From Candidatus Anstonellaceae archaeon (GTDB lineage Archaea > Micrarchaeota > Micrarchaeia > Anstonellales > Anstonellaceae): a stretch of DNA of 64,000 bases. The stretch is from the NCBI GenBank assembly GCA_038891035.1, contig JAWAEW010000002.1, forward strand, positions 22,476-86,475. The letters run 5' to 3'. Of the stretch, positions 10,437-19,820 are shown piece after piece (within the stretch, counting starts at the first letter, position 1; every line of letters starts with the position of its first letter). Made by a program: the position numbers and the translations under genes. The notes below the pieces were generated by a model. That model worked only from the letters and a program-made list of their open reading frames with translations. It had not been told where the DNA came from and ran no database searches.

Positions 10437-11696
10437 ATGAGAATGACTGCAAAAGCTACATTAGCTGGGATTGCAATTGCGGCATTAATTTCATTTCCTT
10501 CATCAAAATTGAACTCGCAAATAAATGAGAATCAGATAAAAAAGAAGTTAGCAGACAAAGTTCTTGTTGAAAATTCTTCAGCTTATACTACAGAAAAATA
10601 CAAAATCTACAAAGAAGGTGTAAATTTCGTACTTTTTCCACCAGATGTAAAAGTTGAAAAAATAGAACTAAAGGAAAGAAAAGATGAAAACAAAATAACT
10701 GCCTCCGACAATACAACTGGTGGAATGAGAATTATTTATGGGGATGCTTTTTGTCAAGCATTCGTACAAAAGATTATAGAAGATTCTTTAACTGGAGGAG
10801 GGGTAGGATGGATTTCGAAAATATACCCCCTTGATTCTTTTCCTTCACACAGAAACGGAATAAACCTATTTCCTCAAGGAAGGATCATAAAAAAGACCTA
10901 TCCAAGAATTCTAATGCCCCCAAATACGGATGGCCACTATATAGCTACTCGGACTTACTATATCGAAAATATCTGGCCTCCATACCATGACAGTGTAAAT
11001 GCATATTATCAGCAAATAGCATTAAACTTGATCTTTCAGCACGGGGATAGGCCAAGTGTTTTCTTCTTTGCAGGAGATAGGGATACTACTAAGAAGGCTA
11101 CTAAAATGATTATAATAAGTATAACGCAATTTGACTCTAATGGTGTTCAGATTGTGCCGCCGGATCCAAGAGTAAGAGGCCCCCCTGTAGCGGCTGCAGA
11201 AGTAGTAAGAGATGATCACATAAATGGAACGGGAGATTTTCGGGAGATAATAATGGCTATGGGGACACTGACAGATATGCAGATTTTGGCCGATGGTAAA
11301 ATTCTCGAAGAACAGGAATTTCAAATGTTTGGAGGGATGAATGAAGATACTCTCAATTCTTTTTTTGTTCGTCCTCCGATCAAAGCAAAAGAATTCGTGA
11401 TGGGAGTAGAGGAGAAATTTGAGCTGGTGAAAGAATATAGGCTTTCACAAAACTATCCAAATCCATTCAATTCACAGACAACAATTGAGTTTTCTTTACT
11501 CAGACCAGGACGCGTAGTGATTAGAGTGTATGATATGATTGGGAGGAGAATAGCAGAGATTGTTAATGAAGAATTAAAAGATGGGACTTATCGCGTCAAC
11601 TGGAAACCACAAGCAAGTATTTCAAGTGGTACGTACATCTATGAATTGAGCAGTGATGGCTATATCGACAGGAGAAAAATGATATATATAAAATAA
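10437..11696 (+). CDS. secreted protein with C-terminal T9SS-type (Por secretion tail) sorting domain
   Basis: N-terminal signal peptide. The C-terminal 80 aa, LSQNYPNPFNSQTTIEFSL...RVYDMIGRRIAEIVNEELKDGTYRVNWK...SGTYIYEL, matches the TIGR04183/Por_Secre_tail consensus closely. Confidence 0.6.
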   Translation: MRMTAKATLAGIAIAALISFPSSKLNSQINENQIKKKLADKVLVENSSAYTTEKYKIYKEGVNFVLFPPDVKVEKIELKERKDENKITASDNTTGGMRIIYGDAFCQAFVQKIIEDSLTGGGVGWISKIYPLDSFPSHRNGINLFPQGRIIKKTYPRILMPPNTDGHYIATRTYYIENIWPPYHDSVNAYYQQIALNLIFQHGDRPSVFFFAGDRDTTKKATKMIIISITQFDSNGVQIVPPDPRVRGPPVAAAEVVRDDHINGTGDFREIIMAMGTLTDMQILADGKILEEQEFQMFGGMNEDTLNSFFVRPPIKAKEFVMGVEEKFELVKEYRLSQNYPNPFNSQTTIEFSLLRPGRVVIRVYDMIGRRIAEIVNEELKDGTYRVNWKPQASISSGTYIYELSSDGYIDRRKMIYIK

Positions 11697-11709
11697 ATTT
11701 TTTCTTTAT

Positions 11710-14700
11710 TTAGGAGTTCAGTGTTGTAATGCTAACAGTAAAACCTTGGTTGTACAATGCACGTATTTCATCTTCTGAGAGTGCTCTTTTGAATATTTGG
11801 ACTTCATCGATTATGCCTTCATAAGGCTTATTGAGTGAAGGAGAATTTCCTATAATTAGTCTTGGGTAAGTCTGGCCCAGATCTCCTGAAACATCACCAG
11901 TTGCATAAAGTACTCCGTTAATGTAAATAAAGCCGACCCCATCTTTTCTGCTTACTGTGATATGGGTCCACTCGTCTGTGGCTAATTCGATGGGCGATGA
12001 TATTACTTTATTTGCTGCAATAAAGTTCAGATAACCATCTGACAACTCAAGGGCGAAGCCAGAATTCTGAATTTGGTTACTTATGATTTGGCTGGAGATT
12101 ACTGATTTGGGCTTAACCCATAAAGAAACTGTGAAATCATCTCTGCCCTGGAGCACAGGCGATGGGACCGAAAGATGGGAGAATAGAGATGTGAAGTTGT
12201 ATGCTCCACCTATTTTACCAAATGGAGTCCAGTTTGCTGAAACATTTGCATGAAGCAGAAGAGGAGAGTAATCAACCGATATTCCTTCTACTTCTCTATA
12301 ATCGAATGGCAATGAAAGTAGCGCATCAGGAAGCTGCCTTTTTAGGCGAAGCTTGGCATTATAATTTGCAGTAATATTGCTAAATGAAGCGGATGGCTTA
12401 TAAAAGACATCAAGGTCAAGGCTGCACTTGTCTTGATATAAGCCTTTGTAGTGATTTTCGATTTCCCGTTCAGATAGAGCTCTCTTATAGAACCTTATTT
12501 CATCAATCAGTCCTCTGAAACCGTTGCTTCCTGAACTATCAGATGCACCTATAAAGAATGGGGACGATGAGTTTATCCTCAAAAGGCTGAACTGACCTGA
12601 TGCAACCGATTTATCATCAAGATAGATGTTGTATTCGCCTAATCTTCTAACAGAAACTGACACCATATGCCAATTCCCATCTGATAAATCGAGTAGATGA
12701 CTTATCTGTGAAGACTGGCCACTTCCATTTGCACTATAAAATGAGATGTTGAGGAAATTAGCAGGATTCAAAAACCAATCAATCCCCTGTGCTGCCCCAA
12801 ATTCCTGTCCTAGCTGATAAAATAGCCTTGCAAAGCTTCCTTGGCCGGTATAAGGCCTTATCCATACAGACATAGTAAAATCATTGATCTCTGTAACTGA
12901 AACATCGTCTAGATAGACTACTTGGTTGTTTAGAGGTGTATAAAACCGAAGTTCAATGACTGCATTTTGAAGTGTAGAAAATGGTTGTGTGATCCTTTCA
13001 AAAGTAGTGCTTAGCTGCTTTGTGATAAATATGTCTGCACCGGGATTCAATGAATTCCACTGCCCGGAAGGCGCCAAGTACATTTGGTTTTGCACATCAA
13101 CAATTGCATATCTAATCGCATCATTTTGAAGCTCGCCTCTCGCCCAAAACTCAAGCAAATAATTCCTGTTTCCTTTCAGTGCTGAATAAAGAGCTGAACT
13201 GTAAATATACGACGAGGGATCGCTAGAGTAGATTTTAACTGAAGTCGAGCCTGACTTTACTATGTTGTGCTCTGGCTCAAATATGCCATTTCCTTGCTTT
13301 ATCCAATTGTTGAAAAGGAAGGATTGGCTGCCTACACCTGGAGGGATAATGCAGTACTTTACAGATCCGCTTGTTCTTGTTACATTGCACACTGCATTTG
13401 GATCACAGCAGGGATGAACATCGTCACAGCGAGAATTGGTTGGGAAGCAGGTTGTGCATCGCCCATAATCTTGTATTCCCTCAAAAAAGAAGGGAAGTTT
13501 TTTTATCTTGAAAAAGTAGTCGCGAGAATAGGTTTGCTGCTCTTGTTGTGCAACTGTATTTACAAGGTCACAGAAAAGCCCCTCGCAGCATTGCGTGTCA
13601 TTAGTGCAGAGGGCACCTTGCTGACCGCATGTAGGAAGAGGAGGCGCACATCTGAAGGTTTGTTCCCCGTCAAAAAGACACCTGTTTGAGCAGCATTCTG
13701 AGTGATTCCTACAGGTATGGTTGAGAGGAAGGCAGTCCACACACTTTGAGAAATTAGCAGAGGTGCTCAGTAGATCGCAAAGCCCGGAGCAACATTGACT
13801 GTTTTCAGTGCAATTGGTGGTGCTGTTCGTTTGAATGCAAACTGAGCATATCTTTTGGGATGAGCCTGCGGGTGCTGCACAAATACTGCATGTCTGCGGG
13901 CAGTCTGAAGAAATGGTGCAGCTCTGGTTGCATCCTATTCCGCATCGTGGTTGGCTTTCTTCATCTATAAAGCATCTACCACTGCAACATTCGTTGCTGG
14001 TTCCATCTTGGCAAGAGGCAAGTAACTGCCCATTTTGAAGGCAACAGATTCCGTTTAAACAGATTGAGGGGGGGCAACAAGGGATTTTGTTGTCTCCTGA
14101 ACACGGCTGGGAAGCATTTGCGCAATTTAGGTTTGTTAATTCAGCTACATTAGTAGGATTAGAACGATCAGACTTGGCAACAAGATTAGGATTGTTTTTG
14201 GCTTCTGCTTGTATGTATAATTGAACGCTTGTACCATTTTCAAACGTCGAAGTGTTCAATGGTTCTTGCTTACGATACAAAAACAAAATTGGTATTATGT
14301 TGCCCGGCCTCTGCGCAACAAAGACATATGAAATATTAATATATGGTGTGCTGTCAGGACAATTTTGTATGCAGTATACGTTGGACCCTCGAATAACAGT
14401 TGGTGTGGGTGAAATAATTGGAGTGGGTGGTTTTTTAGGTTTGCAAACTCCATTCTCGCATCTTAATCCTATCGTTTTATCGCTATCACAGCAATCAGAA
14501 TCCTTAGTACATTGTTGCCCTCCTTGTGAGCATGCAGAACACCTTCCATTAATGCAAACTGAATTCGAACAGCAATCAGAATCTCTGAGACAGCCATAAG
14601 TCCCACGTGGCCAGCAAGGAACACACTTGCCATCTCTCATCATATAGAACTTAACTGAGCTTGAAGACGGGATTGCAGACCATGGTTGGCGCTCCTCTTC

Positions 14701-15468
14701 ACCTAAAAGGCATTTGCCGGAACAGCATTCAGAATGATAAGAACAGTTTTGCCCATTAGGAATGCATGAACATATGCCATTTATGCACATGGAACTTATA
14801 CAGCAATCAGCATCTGAGCTGCAAGGCCCGTATCCTCTTGGCCAGCATGAAACACATGTACCATTGAGGGGAGTTTCGACGAGCTTTGCAAGCCCAGAAA
14901 AAAGATTTTCTGATGATAAAAACGCCCCACCATCATTGTTGGTGCGTATAAGACATTTGGAAGAGCAGCAATCATTATTTGATTGACAGACTGCACCTTG
15001 TCCTTTGCATGTGGATGTGCTATCCCAGTGACAACCCACTGCTACACATACAGTTTCGTTATAAATGGAAGTGCATGGTAGAGATGGCCCACTGCTTACA
15101 TCATCACATGGAAATGCTGTAAAAGCATTAAATCTGCAATACCCTCCTGCAATATTGCATGCACCAGCCGGATTGTGACTTTTAGAGGCACAGTCGGCTT
15201 CATTTAGAGAAGAACAGAGAGTTGGAGCTGTACCGCTTGCACATGTACAATTGTTTGTCACTAGCTCATATCTCAGATTGCAATATCCTCGCAATTCAAA
15301 TTCGTAGCAAACCGAGGGATAATCGATCGGACCGCATCCGTCGGATGTACACCATGGGTGATTTAGGGAAGTACAGCTTACGTTAGGAGAATTTTGGTTT
15401 TGCGGCACGCAGCCAGCAAAAATGGCTGAAGAAAGCAATCCAAACAGCAACAAAGACAACATTCTCAT
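11710..15468 (-). CDS. 1252-aa surface protein: lipobox signal, repeated knottin-like 6-Cys modules, Pro/Thr linker, two C-terminal LamG_3 (ConA-like lectin) domains
   Basis: MRMLSLLLFGLLSSAIFAGC lipobox. At least 6 repeats with the pattern C-x6-C-x5-CC-x4-C-x4-C (e.g. CWPRGTYGCLRDSDCCSNSVCINGRC). Two LamG_3 signature motifs (IDEIRFYKRALSEREI and IDEVQIFKRALSEDEI). Confidence 0.7.
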   Translation of the reverse strand: MRMLSLLLFGLLSSAIFAGCVPQNQNSPNVSCTSLNHPWCTSDGCGPIDYPSVCYEFELRGYCNLRYELVTNNCTCASGTAPTLCSSLNEADCASKSHNPAGACNIAGGYCRFNAFTAFPCDDVSSGPSLPCTSIYNETVCVAVGCHWDSTSTCKGQGAVCQSNNDCCSSKCLIRTNNDGGAFLSSENLFSGLAKLVETPLNGTCVSCWPRGYGPCSSDADCCISSMCINGICSCIPNGQNCSYHSECCSGKCLLGEEERQPWSAIPSSSSVKFYMMRDGKCVPCWPRGTYGCLRDSDCCSNSVCINGRCSACSQGGQQCTKDSDCCDSDKTIGLRCENGVCKPKKPPTPIISPTPTVIRGSNVYCIQNCPDSTPYINISYVFVAQRPGNIIPILFLYRKQEPLNTSTFENGTSVQLYIQAEAKNNPNLVAKSDRSNPTNVAELTNLNCANASQPCSGDNKIPCCPPSICLNGICCLQNGQLLASCQDGTSNECCSGRCFIDEESQPRCGIGCNQSCTISSDCPQTCSICAAPAGSSQKICSVCIQTNSTTNCTENSQCCSGLCDLLSTSANFSKCVDCLPLNHTCRNHSECCSNRCLFDGEQTFRCAPPLPTCGQQGALCTNDTQCCEGLFCDLVNTVAQQEQQTYSRDYFFKIKKLPFFFEGIQDYGRCTTCFPTNSRCDDVHPCCDPNAVCNVTRTSGSVKYCIIPPGVGSQSFLFNNWIKQGNGIFEPEHNIVKSGSTSVKIYSSDPSSYIYSSALYSALKGNRNYLLEFWARGELQNDAIRYAIVDVQNQMYLAPSGQWNSLNPGADIFITKQLSTTFERITQPFSTLQNAVIELRFYTPLNNQVVYLDDVSVTEINDFTMSVWIRPYTGQGSFARLFYQLGQEFGAAQGIDWFLNPANFLNISFYSANGSGQSSQISHLLDLSDGNWHMVSVSVRRLGEYNIYLDDKSVASGQFSLLRINSSSPFFIGASDSSGSNGFRGLIDEIRFYKRALSEREIENHYKGLYQDKCSLDLDVFYKPSASFSNITANYNAKLRLKRQLPDALLSLPFDYREVEGISVDYSPLLLHANVSANWTPFGKIGGAYNFTSLFSHLSVPSPVLQGRDDFTVSLWVKPKSVISSQIISNQIQNSGFALELSDGYLNFIAANKVISSPIELATDEWTHITVSRKDGVGFIYINGVLYATGDVSGDLGQTYPRLIIGNSPSLNKPYEGIIDEVQIFKRALSEDEIRALYNQGFTVSITTLNS

Positions 15469-15497
15469 ATAGATTCCTCTATAAAACTTCCCTTTAT

Positions 15498-16991
15498 CTA
15501 TCCGCTAGAGCCACCCACACTATAATATTGTTCAAACCCGCCGTTTAATCCTGAAGATTGCTTAAGTGAAACGGCATCATAAATCACGTCGCCGCTTTCT
15601 GCTGCAAAAAACTTCAAAGTAACTTCAGATGATCCAAGTGGAAGCAGGAATTCTTTAGTGATTCGGATAAAGTCAGAGTTGACACCTGTCTCGAATAGAT
15701 GTTCTGATGAATCCCAACTTCCGTCTGCTTGAAGGTATTTTCCCTTGCTTCTGTCAAAGATAGAGTATTTGCCGTTTTGGCCTTGCGAAAGAAACTGGAG
15801 TGTATAAAATGAGTTTTCGGATAAGTAAACATTTTGATAGATATAAAAATCAACACTTGCATAGCCTTGTGGATTGGAGATCTCTGCTGCCCAATTGTTT
15901 TGTATCAAAGCAGGGCCGATGTAAACATCTTCTGGGTAGTTGTTTTCAACCACCCATGAAGGCCAAATGTTTGGAGGAATTCCATTTCTATCTTCAAAAT
16001 CTCCGTTTGAAACAAGCTCTGAGCCTTGCGGAAAGATTATTTCTGTTTCGGTGAGTGAGAAGTTATTTCGGTACATGTATTGATTTCCTGTAAATTCCAT
16101 GCAGCCTTGGCTTTTGCAGGAAAGTTTGAAGAGGGGCGTGTTCTGTCCGCCTCCTACTGTAAAATCAAGGCCATAAAGAGAATAATCACGTACTTTCATA
16201 TTTGAAGCAGGCGAATCAAGCGGAAGTACAAGAGCTCCAGATGGGCTTTTCGTATAAGATATGGAAGTATAATTTCTTGAAAGCAATCCTGAGAAATTAG
16301 AAACAAACAGAAGAATTGTGCCATCAGGATATGAAATTTGCAAGGTTGCAATATGGTTTGACACCGGTGTATTGGTGAATCTTGTTTTTGTGCCGATATT
16401 ATCTACATATTTGAGATTATAATAGAGGTTGTCAGAACCTGCCTGACCACCAGAAACAGAAAAGGCACCGATGTTGGTTGCACTTTTTGAGCAGTTTACG
16501 GTGGCGTATATTGAGATGGGCTGCCAACCCAGAGGATGGTAATAAATTATCACATCGTTTGGGCCATCGTTGCTATAAAACAGACCTCCTGACTCTGAAA
16601 TATTCATAATAAATGCATTGCTTCCGTTTATCCAAGAAACCAAAATAGCTTCAACTCCGCTATTTCTCAGATTTTCAGGTAAGGTGGCTGCATACTCATA
16701 GAGATTTGCAATTGGATGGCCTTCTTTTTTGAATGGGAGGGTAGATGAAACTGTTAAATGTATAGAAGATTGGGTTTTTCTAATATCTGCCTTTGTCCCA
16801 AGTACAGCAGCAAGGTCAGAAGATACTTGTTCTTCTATCCTTGCAATTTCAGATGGCAAGAGTTCAGTAAATGCGGTTCTTTGGCTTTTTCGCCACTCCT
16901 GCGAAAATAGAGCCATTCCGATAAGCGTAATTGACAGAATTAGTATTGATATGGTAAAAGTGAAACCTTTCGGAAGCTTTCTTTTGGTCAT
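15498..16991 (-). CDS. pilin-like protein with class III-type signal peptide and CBM4_9-like carbohydrate-binding module
   Basis: N-terminus KRKLPKG|FTFTISILILSITLIGMALF fits the [KR]G-hydrophobic prepilin pattern. NGDFE and NGGFE motifs with an aromatic-rich beta region resemble CBM_4_9. Confidence 0.45.
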   Translation of the reverse strand: MTKRKLPKGFTFTISILILSITLIGMALFSQEWRKSQRTAFTELLPSEIARIEEQVSSDLAAVLGTKADIRKTQSSIHLTVSSTLPFKKEGHPIANLYEYAATLPENLRNSGVEAILVSWINGSNAFIMNISESGGLFYSNDGPNDVIIYYHPLGWQPISIYATVNCSKSATNIGAFSVSGGQAGSDNLYYNLKYVDNIGTKTRFTNTPVSNHIATLQISYPDGTILLFVSNFSGLLSRNYTSISYTKSPSGALVLPLDSPASNMKVRDYSLYGLDFTVGGGQNTPLFKLSCKSQGCMEFTGNQYMYRNNFSLTETEIIFPQGSELVSNGDFEDRNGIPPNIWPSWVVENNYPEDVYIGPALIQNNWAAEISNPQGYASVDFYIYQNVYLSENSFYTLQFLSQGQNGKYSIFDRSKGKYLQADGSWDSSEHLFETGVNSDFIRITKEFLLPLGSSEVTLKFFAAESGDVIYDAVSLKQSSGLNGGFEQYYSVGGSSG

Positions 16992-17049
16992 TGAACCTCA
17001 ACCCTTAAGATCGCAAAAAAAGCTTAATAAATTTCCTATGAATGCCATT

Positions 17050-18090
17050 TTATTTTCCACGATACCAGCCACGAATGATAACAAAACCATAATCATTTTG
17101 AAGCTGATTGGTATTTTTTGCAAATGGGACAGTTAGAGATTGGATCTCTCCACCTCCATACAGGCATCCAGGTCTGTTGACCATGTATAAAATATTTTCA
17201 GGATTGCTGTAAAGAAGCTGCACTTCTTGATGAGAAAGAACACGGTCGTAAAGGCGCACTTCATCCAAAATGCTGTCGCTGTTGAATCCTATTTGGAGAG
17301 GGTTGTTATTACTATTTGGTGCCATGGCAAAATCATCAGTGTCTGCCGCAGTTCCATCTACATAAAGAGTAGCCACTCCTTCTATATCAAAAGTTGCAAC
17401 GATGTGATGCCAGTTGCCATCAGCAATATATGGTCCCTCCAACCATGATTCATCAGATGAAAATATGTGGAAAAAGACGTTTCCTTCTTCAGTAATGCCA
17501 ACAGAATATTTTTCCTCAAATGAAAATAATAATTGTTGATTGCCAATATTTTGACTTTTAACCCATAGAGAGACTGAAAAACTTTCTTGCTCAAAAAGAG
17601 GAGAAAACTGAACTGTTCCGTATGTTGTAGAAGAGAAATGAATGGCCCCGCCCGCTTTCCCATTTTGGACAAATATAGGGGATCCGATTAAAATCCCAAA
17701 AAGTCTGTTTGGAGTGGAGTCATAGATGATCGAACCTGCCACTTCATCAAGCTTCCAATATCCTACAAGACCATCCGCAAGCTGATTGCTAAAACCAACC
17801 ACCTCTATGCAAATTGAAGGAGAAGTCGCACTTAACACCTCTCTTATGGAAGCCGTGGTCTGTGTTAGGTCTTGTGGAGGAGAGAGTAGGCCCTTTTTTG
17901 AAAGCACTGTTGCAACATCTTGTAAGTAAGTTCTCAAAAGCTGGGTTTTAAAGTCTGAATCTTGAGTGTTGCCATAGAAAGTAAAGGCAATAAAGGTGGC
18001 CAGTATAATCATGAATATTGAGATTGCTGCATCAAGACTGAGGAATACTCCCCTTAGCCTCGAGTTAGAGATTTTCATTTTTTCTTCCAT
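17050..18090 (-). CDS. pilin-like protein with C-terminal LamG_3 lectin domain
   Basis: N-terminus SRLRG|VFLSLDAAISIFMIILATF is pilin-like. C-terminal motif ILDEVRLYDRVLSHQEVQLLY is the LamG_3 signature. Confidence 0.55.
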   Translation of the reverse strand: MEEKMKISNSRLRGVFLSLDAAISIFMIILATFIAFTFYGNTQDSDFKTQLLRTYLQDVATVLSKKGLLSPPQDLTQTTASIREVLSATSPSICIEVVGFSNQLADGLVGYWKLDEVAGSIIYDSTPNRLFGILIGSPIFVQNGKAGGAIHFSSTTYGTVQFSPLFEQESFSVSLWVKSQNIGNQQLLFSFEEKYSVGITEEGNVFFHIFSSDESWLEGPYIADGNWHHIVATFDIEGVATLYVDGTAADTDDFAMAPNSNNNPLQIGFNSDSILDEVRLYDRVLSHQEVQLLYSNPENILYMVNRPGCLYGGGEIQSLTVPFAKNTNQLQNDYGFVIIRGWYRGK

Positions 18091-18596
18091 ATCTGAACCC
18101 GAACTCTGACAATCTTATCATCCAAAATTGCAAGCCTTTCAGCACTGGATATCTTGGAATTAGTATAATCAGGTTCTAACCCGAAAGAATAAAGCAAGCT
18201 GCCCGAATCTGCATCGATTACACTCAGATAAATATCGAATGGCCCTGCACCCATCTTTTCCTTTACCAAATCATAATATCCGTTCATGGGCGACAGTGCG
18301 GAAAGTTTAGATGGCGAAAGAACATTTCGTGATGAAGCAAAACCGAAAGCATTGGCTTTGAGAAAATCGTCATTTTCCCAATCAGAAGGAACTCCCGAAG
18401 AAAGCACAAACATATCTGATATCCCTACCAAAATAGTTTGCATATCATGCATCGATTGCTCTTCATAATATGAATTTGAAACTAAATTCCATGAAAAAAG
18501 AAAAATTGCAAGAGCTGCAACAAATATTGCAGACGATATTACAAGCTCTGTAGAAAGCATTTGGCCAAGTGTTGAAGAAAATTTGGATTTACCCAT
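18075..18596 (-). CDS. minor pilin-like protein
   Basis: 173 aa. N-terminus LGQMLSTELVISSAIFVAALAIF has G-Q-x-x-S-x-E followed by a hydrophobic helix. Confidence 0.4.
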   Translation of the reverse strand: MGKSKFSSTLGQMLSTELVISSAIFVAALAIFLFSWNLVSNSYYEEQSMHDMQTILVGISDMFVLSSGVPSDWENDDFLKANAFGFASSRNVLSPSKLSALSPMNGYYDLVKEKMGAGPFDIYLSVIDADSGSLLYSFGLEPDYTNSKISSAERLAILDDKIVRVRVQIWKKK

Positions 18597-18601
18597 ACTG
18601 C

Positions 18602-18994
18602 TTACGCCTCGTATATGTAAATGACATTATCCCTATTTTCTATTATTATTTGGGTGTTGAGTGGAACAGAAGAGGACTGAGTCATGTTTGTAGTCAGTGG
18701 AACGGAATAAAGGCCATTTGCTGAATATCGAACAGTTACAAATTGTCCTTTAACCGAAATATCAACTATATTTTCACTCGCTGTAGTTGAAAGGAAAATC
18801 TTTGTAGAATTTCCTCCGGCCGCAGCGCGGTTTATCGCAAGCGCCAATTTGTTTGCCACTGACCCAGCCTCGAGCAATTGCTTTTGTCTTTCCCATAAGG
18901 CCTGCAGATTCTGGTTTGCAATATAGATAATAAAAAGGATAAACGCCATTACTGCTGCAATCACAACCAATTCAACTGAAAGCTGTCCTTTCAT
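18602..18994 (-). CDS. archaeal type IV pilin (class III signal peptide)
   Basis: MKGQLSVELVVIAAVMAFILFIIY is the canonical KG|Q-x-S-x-E prepilin motif. 130 aa. Confidence 0.6.
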   Translation of the reverse strand: MKGQLSVELVVIAAVMAFILFIIYIANQNLQALWERQKQLLEAGSVANKLALAINRAAAGGNSTKIFLSTTASENIVDISVKGQFVTVRYSANGLYSVPLTTNMTQSSSVPLNTQIIIENRDNVIYIYEA

Positions 18995-18998
18995 ATTT

Positions 18999-19784
18999 TC
19001 AACCTATTTCAAAGCTTACAGGAACAATAAAAAACTCCTCCCTGCATTCTTGCACGCATGATGGATGGCGTAGTGAAGTATTTATTAATAGATTCCAATT
19101 ATAGACGCCTCCCGCATCAACTGAAGGTTGGAAGATGATACTAACGATTGCTCTGCTTCCAGCAGTTTGAAAAGATGAAGGAAAAATTGCAAGAGGAACT
19201 TTTTGATATTCATTGAAAGCTTGGATATTAATCTCCAAGTTATCAGAAGATGAAGGGATTATTTCCAGCGAAGCTGAAGAAGGTTGCCCTTTTTTGCCTT
19301 TATGATAAATTATGGAAGGCTGGATTTCAACCAGGCTTGCCCCAATAGATACATAAGAACCAAAGGAAATAACTTTGATTTGATAAGTTCCAGGCGAAGA
19401 AGGGAATACTCCAGAAAGAGGTGCTAGAGTGCTTGCAGAATAGTCTGAGCCAGCTACATGAAGGTTGATAATATTGTTTGAAAGCACCGAAAAATCTAGC
19501 GGTTTTCCAATATAGCTTTTTTTGAGAGAAAGATTCGCAGAAGGAGGGATTGTAATACTGACAATTTTAGTAGCTCCTTTTCCTTCTGCGTAAACACTAT
19601 CTGCCGCATTGGCAAGTGTTTGCACTGTCTCTTTTGCCAACTTGGCATCTTTCTGGACGCTAACATCAAACAAAAGATTCGAAGATAGGACCGTAAAAGT
19701 CAAAAGAATGAGAAGAAGAATGCCAAGAACCGAGATCAGCTCTGCAGACGCTTGGGCAGAGAGGACTTGGAAAAATCTATGCAT
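18999..19784 (-). CDS. pilin-like beta-rich protein, paralog of 19821-20576
   Basis: N-terminus LSAQASAELISVLGILLLIL is pilin-like. The body aligns with the neighbour (VYAEGKGATKIVSITIPP...KSYIGKP vs VYAQGAGASVIVEIFLPP...KTYIGKP). Confidence 0.45.
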   Translation of the reverse strand: MHRFFQVLSAQASAELISVLGILLLILLTFTVLSSNLLFDVSVQKDAKLAKETVQTLANAADSVYAEGKGATKIVSITIPPSANLSLKKSYIGKPLDFSVLSNNIINLHVAGSDYSASTLAPLSGVFPSSPGTYQIKVISFGSYVSIGASLVEIQPSIIYHKGKKGQPSSASLEIIPSSSDNLEINIQAFNEYQKVPLAIFPSSFQTAGSRAIVSIIFQPSVDAGGVYNWNLLINTSLRHPSCVQECREEFFIVPVSFEIG

Positions 19785-19820
19785 AGAGTAAGAATACAGA
19801 TTTTATTTTAAATTCTTTCA

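Noticed and set aside
10437-11696. Idea that the whole contig is bacterial (Bacteroidota) because of the T9SS tail
   Set aside because: Every informational gene in the window is archaeal-type (aEF-1A/aEF-2, L18e/L19e/L32e/L34e/L40e/S4e, Cbf5, SUI1, Rpp29, RpoN/RpoD, intron-bearing tRNAs). Only this single gene looks bacterial.
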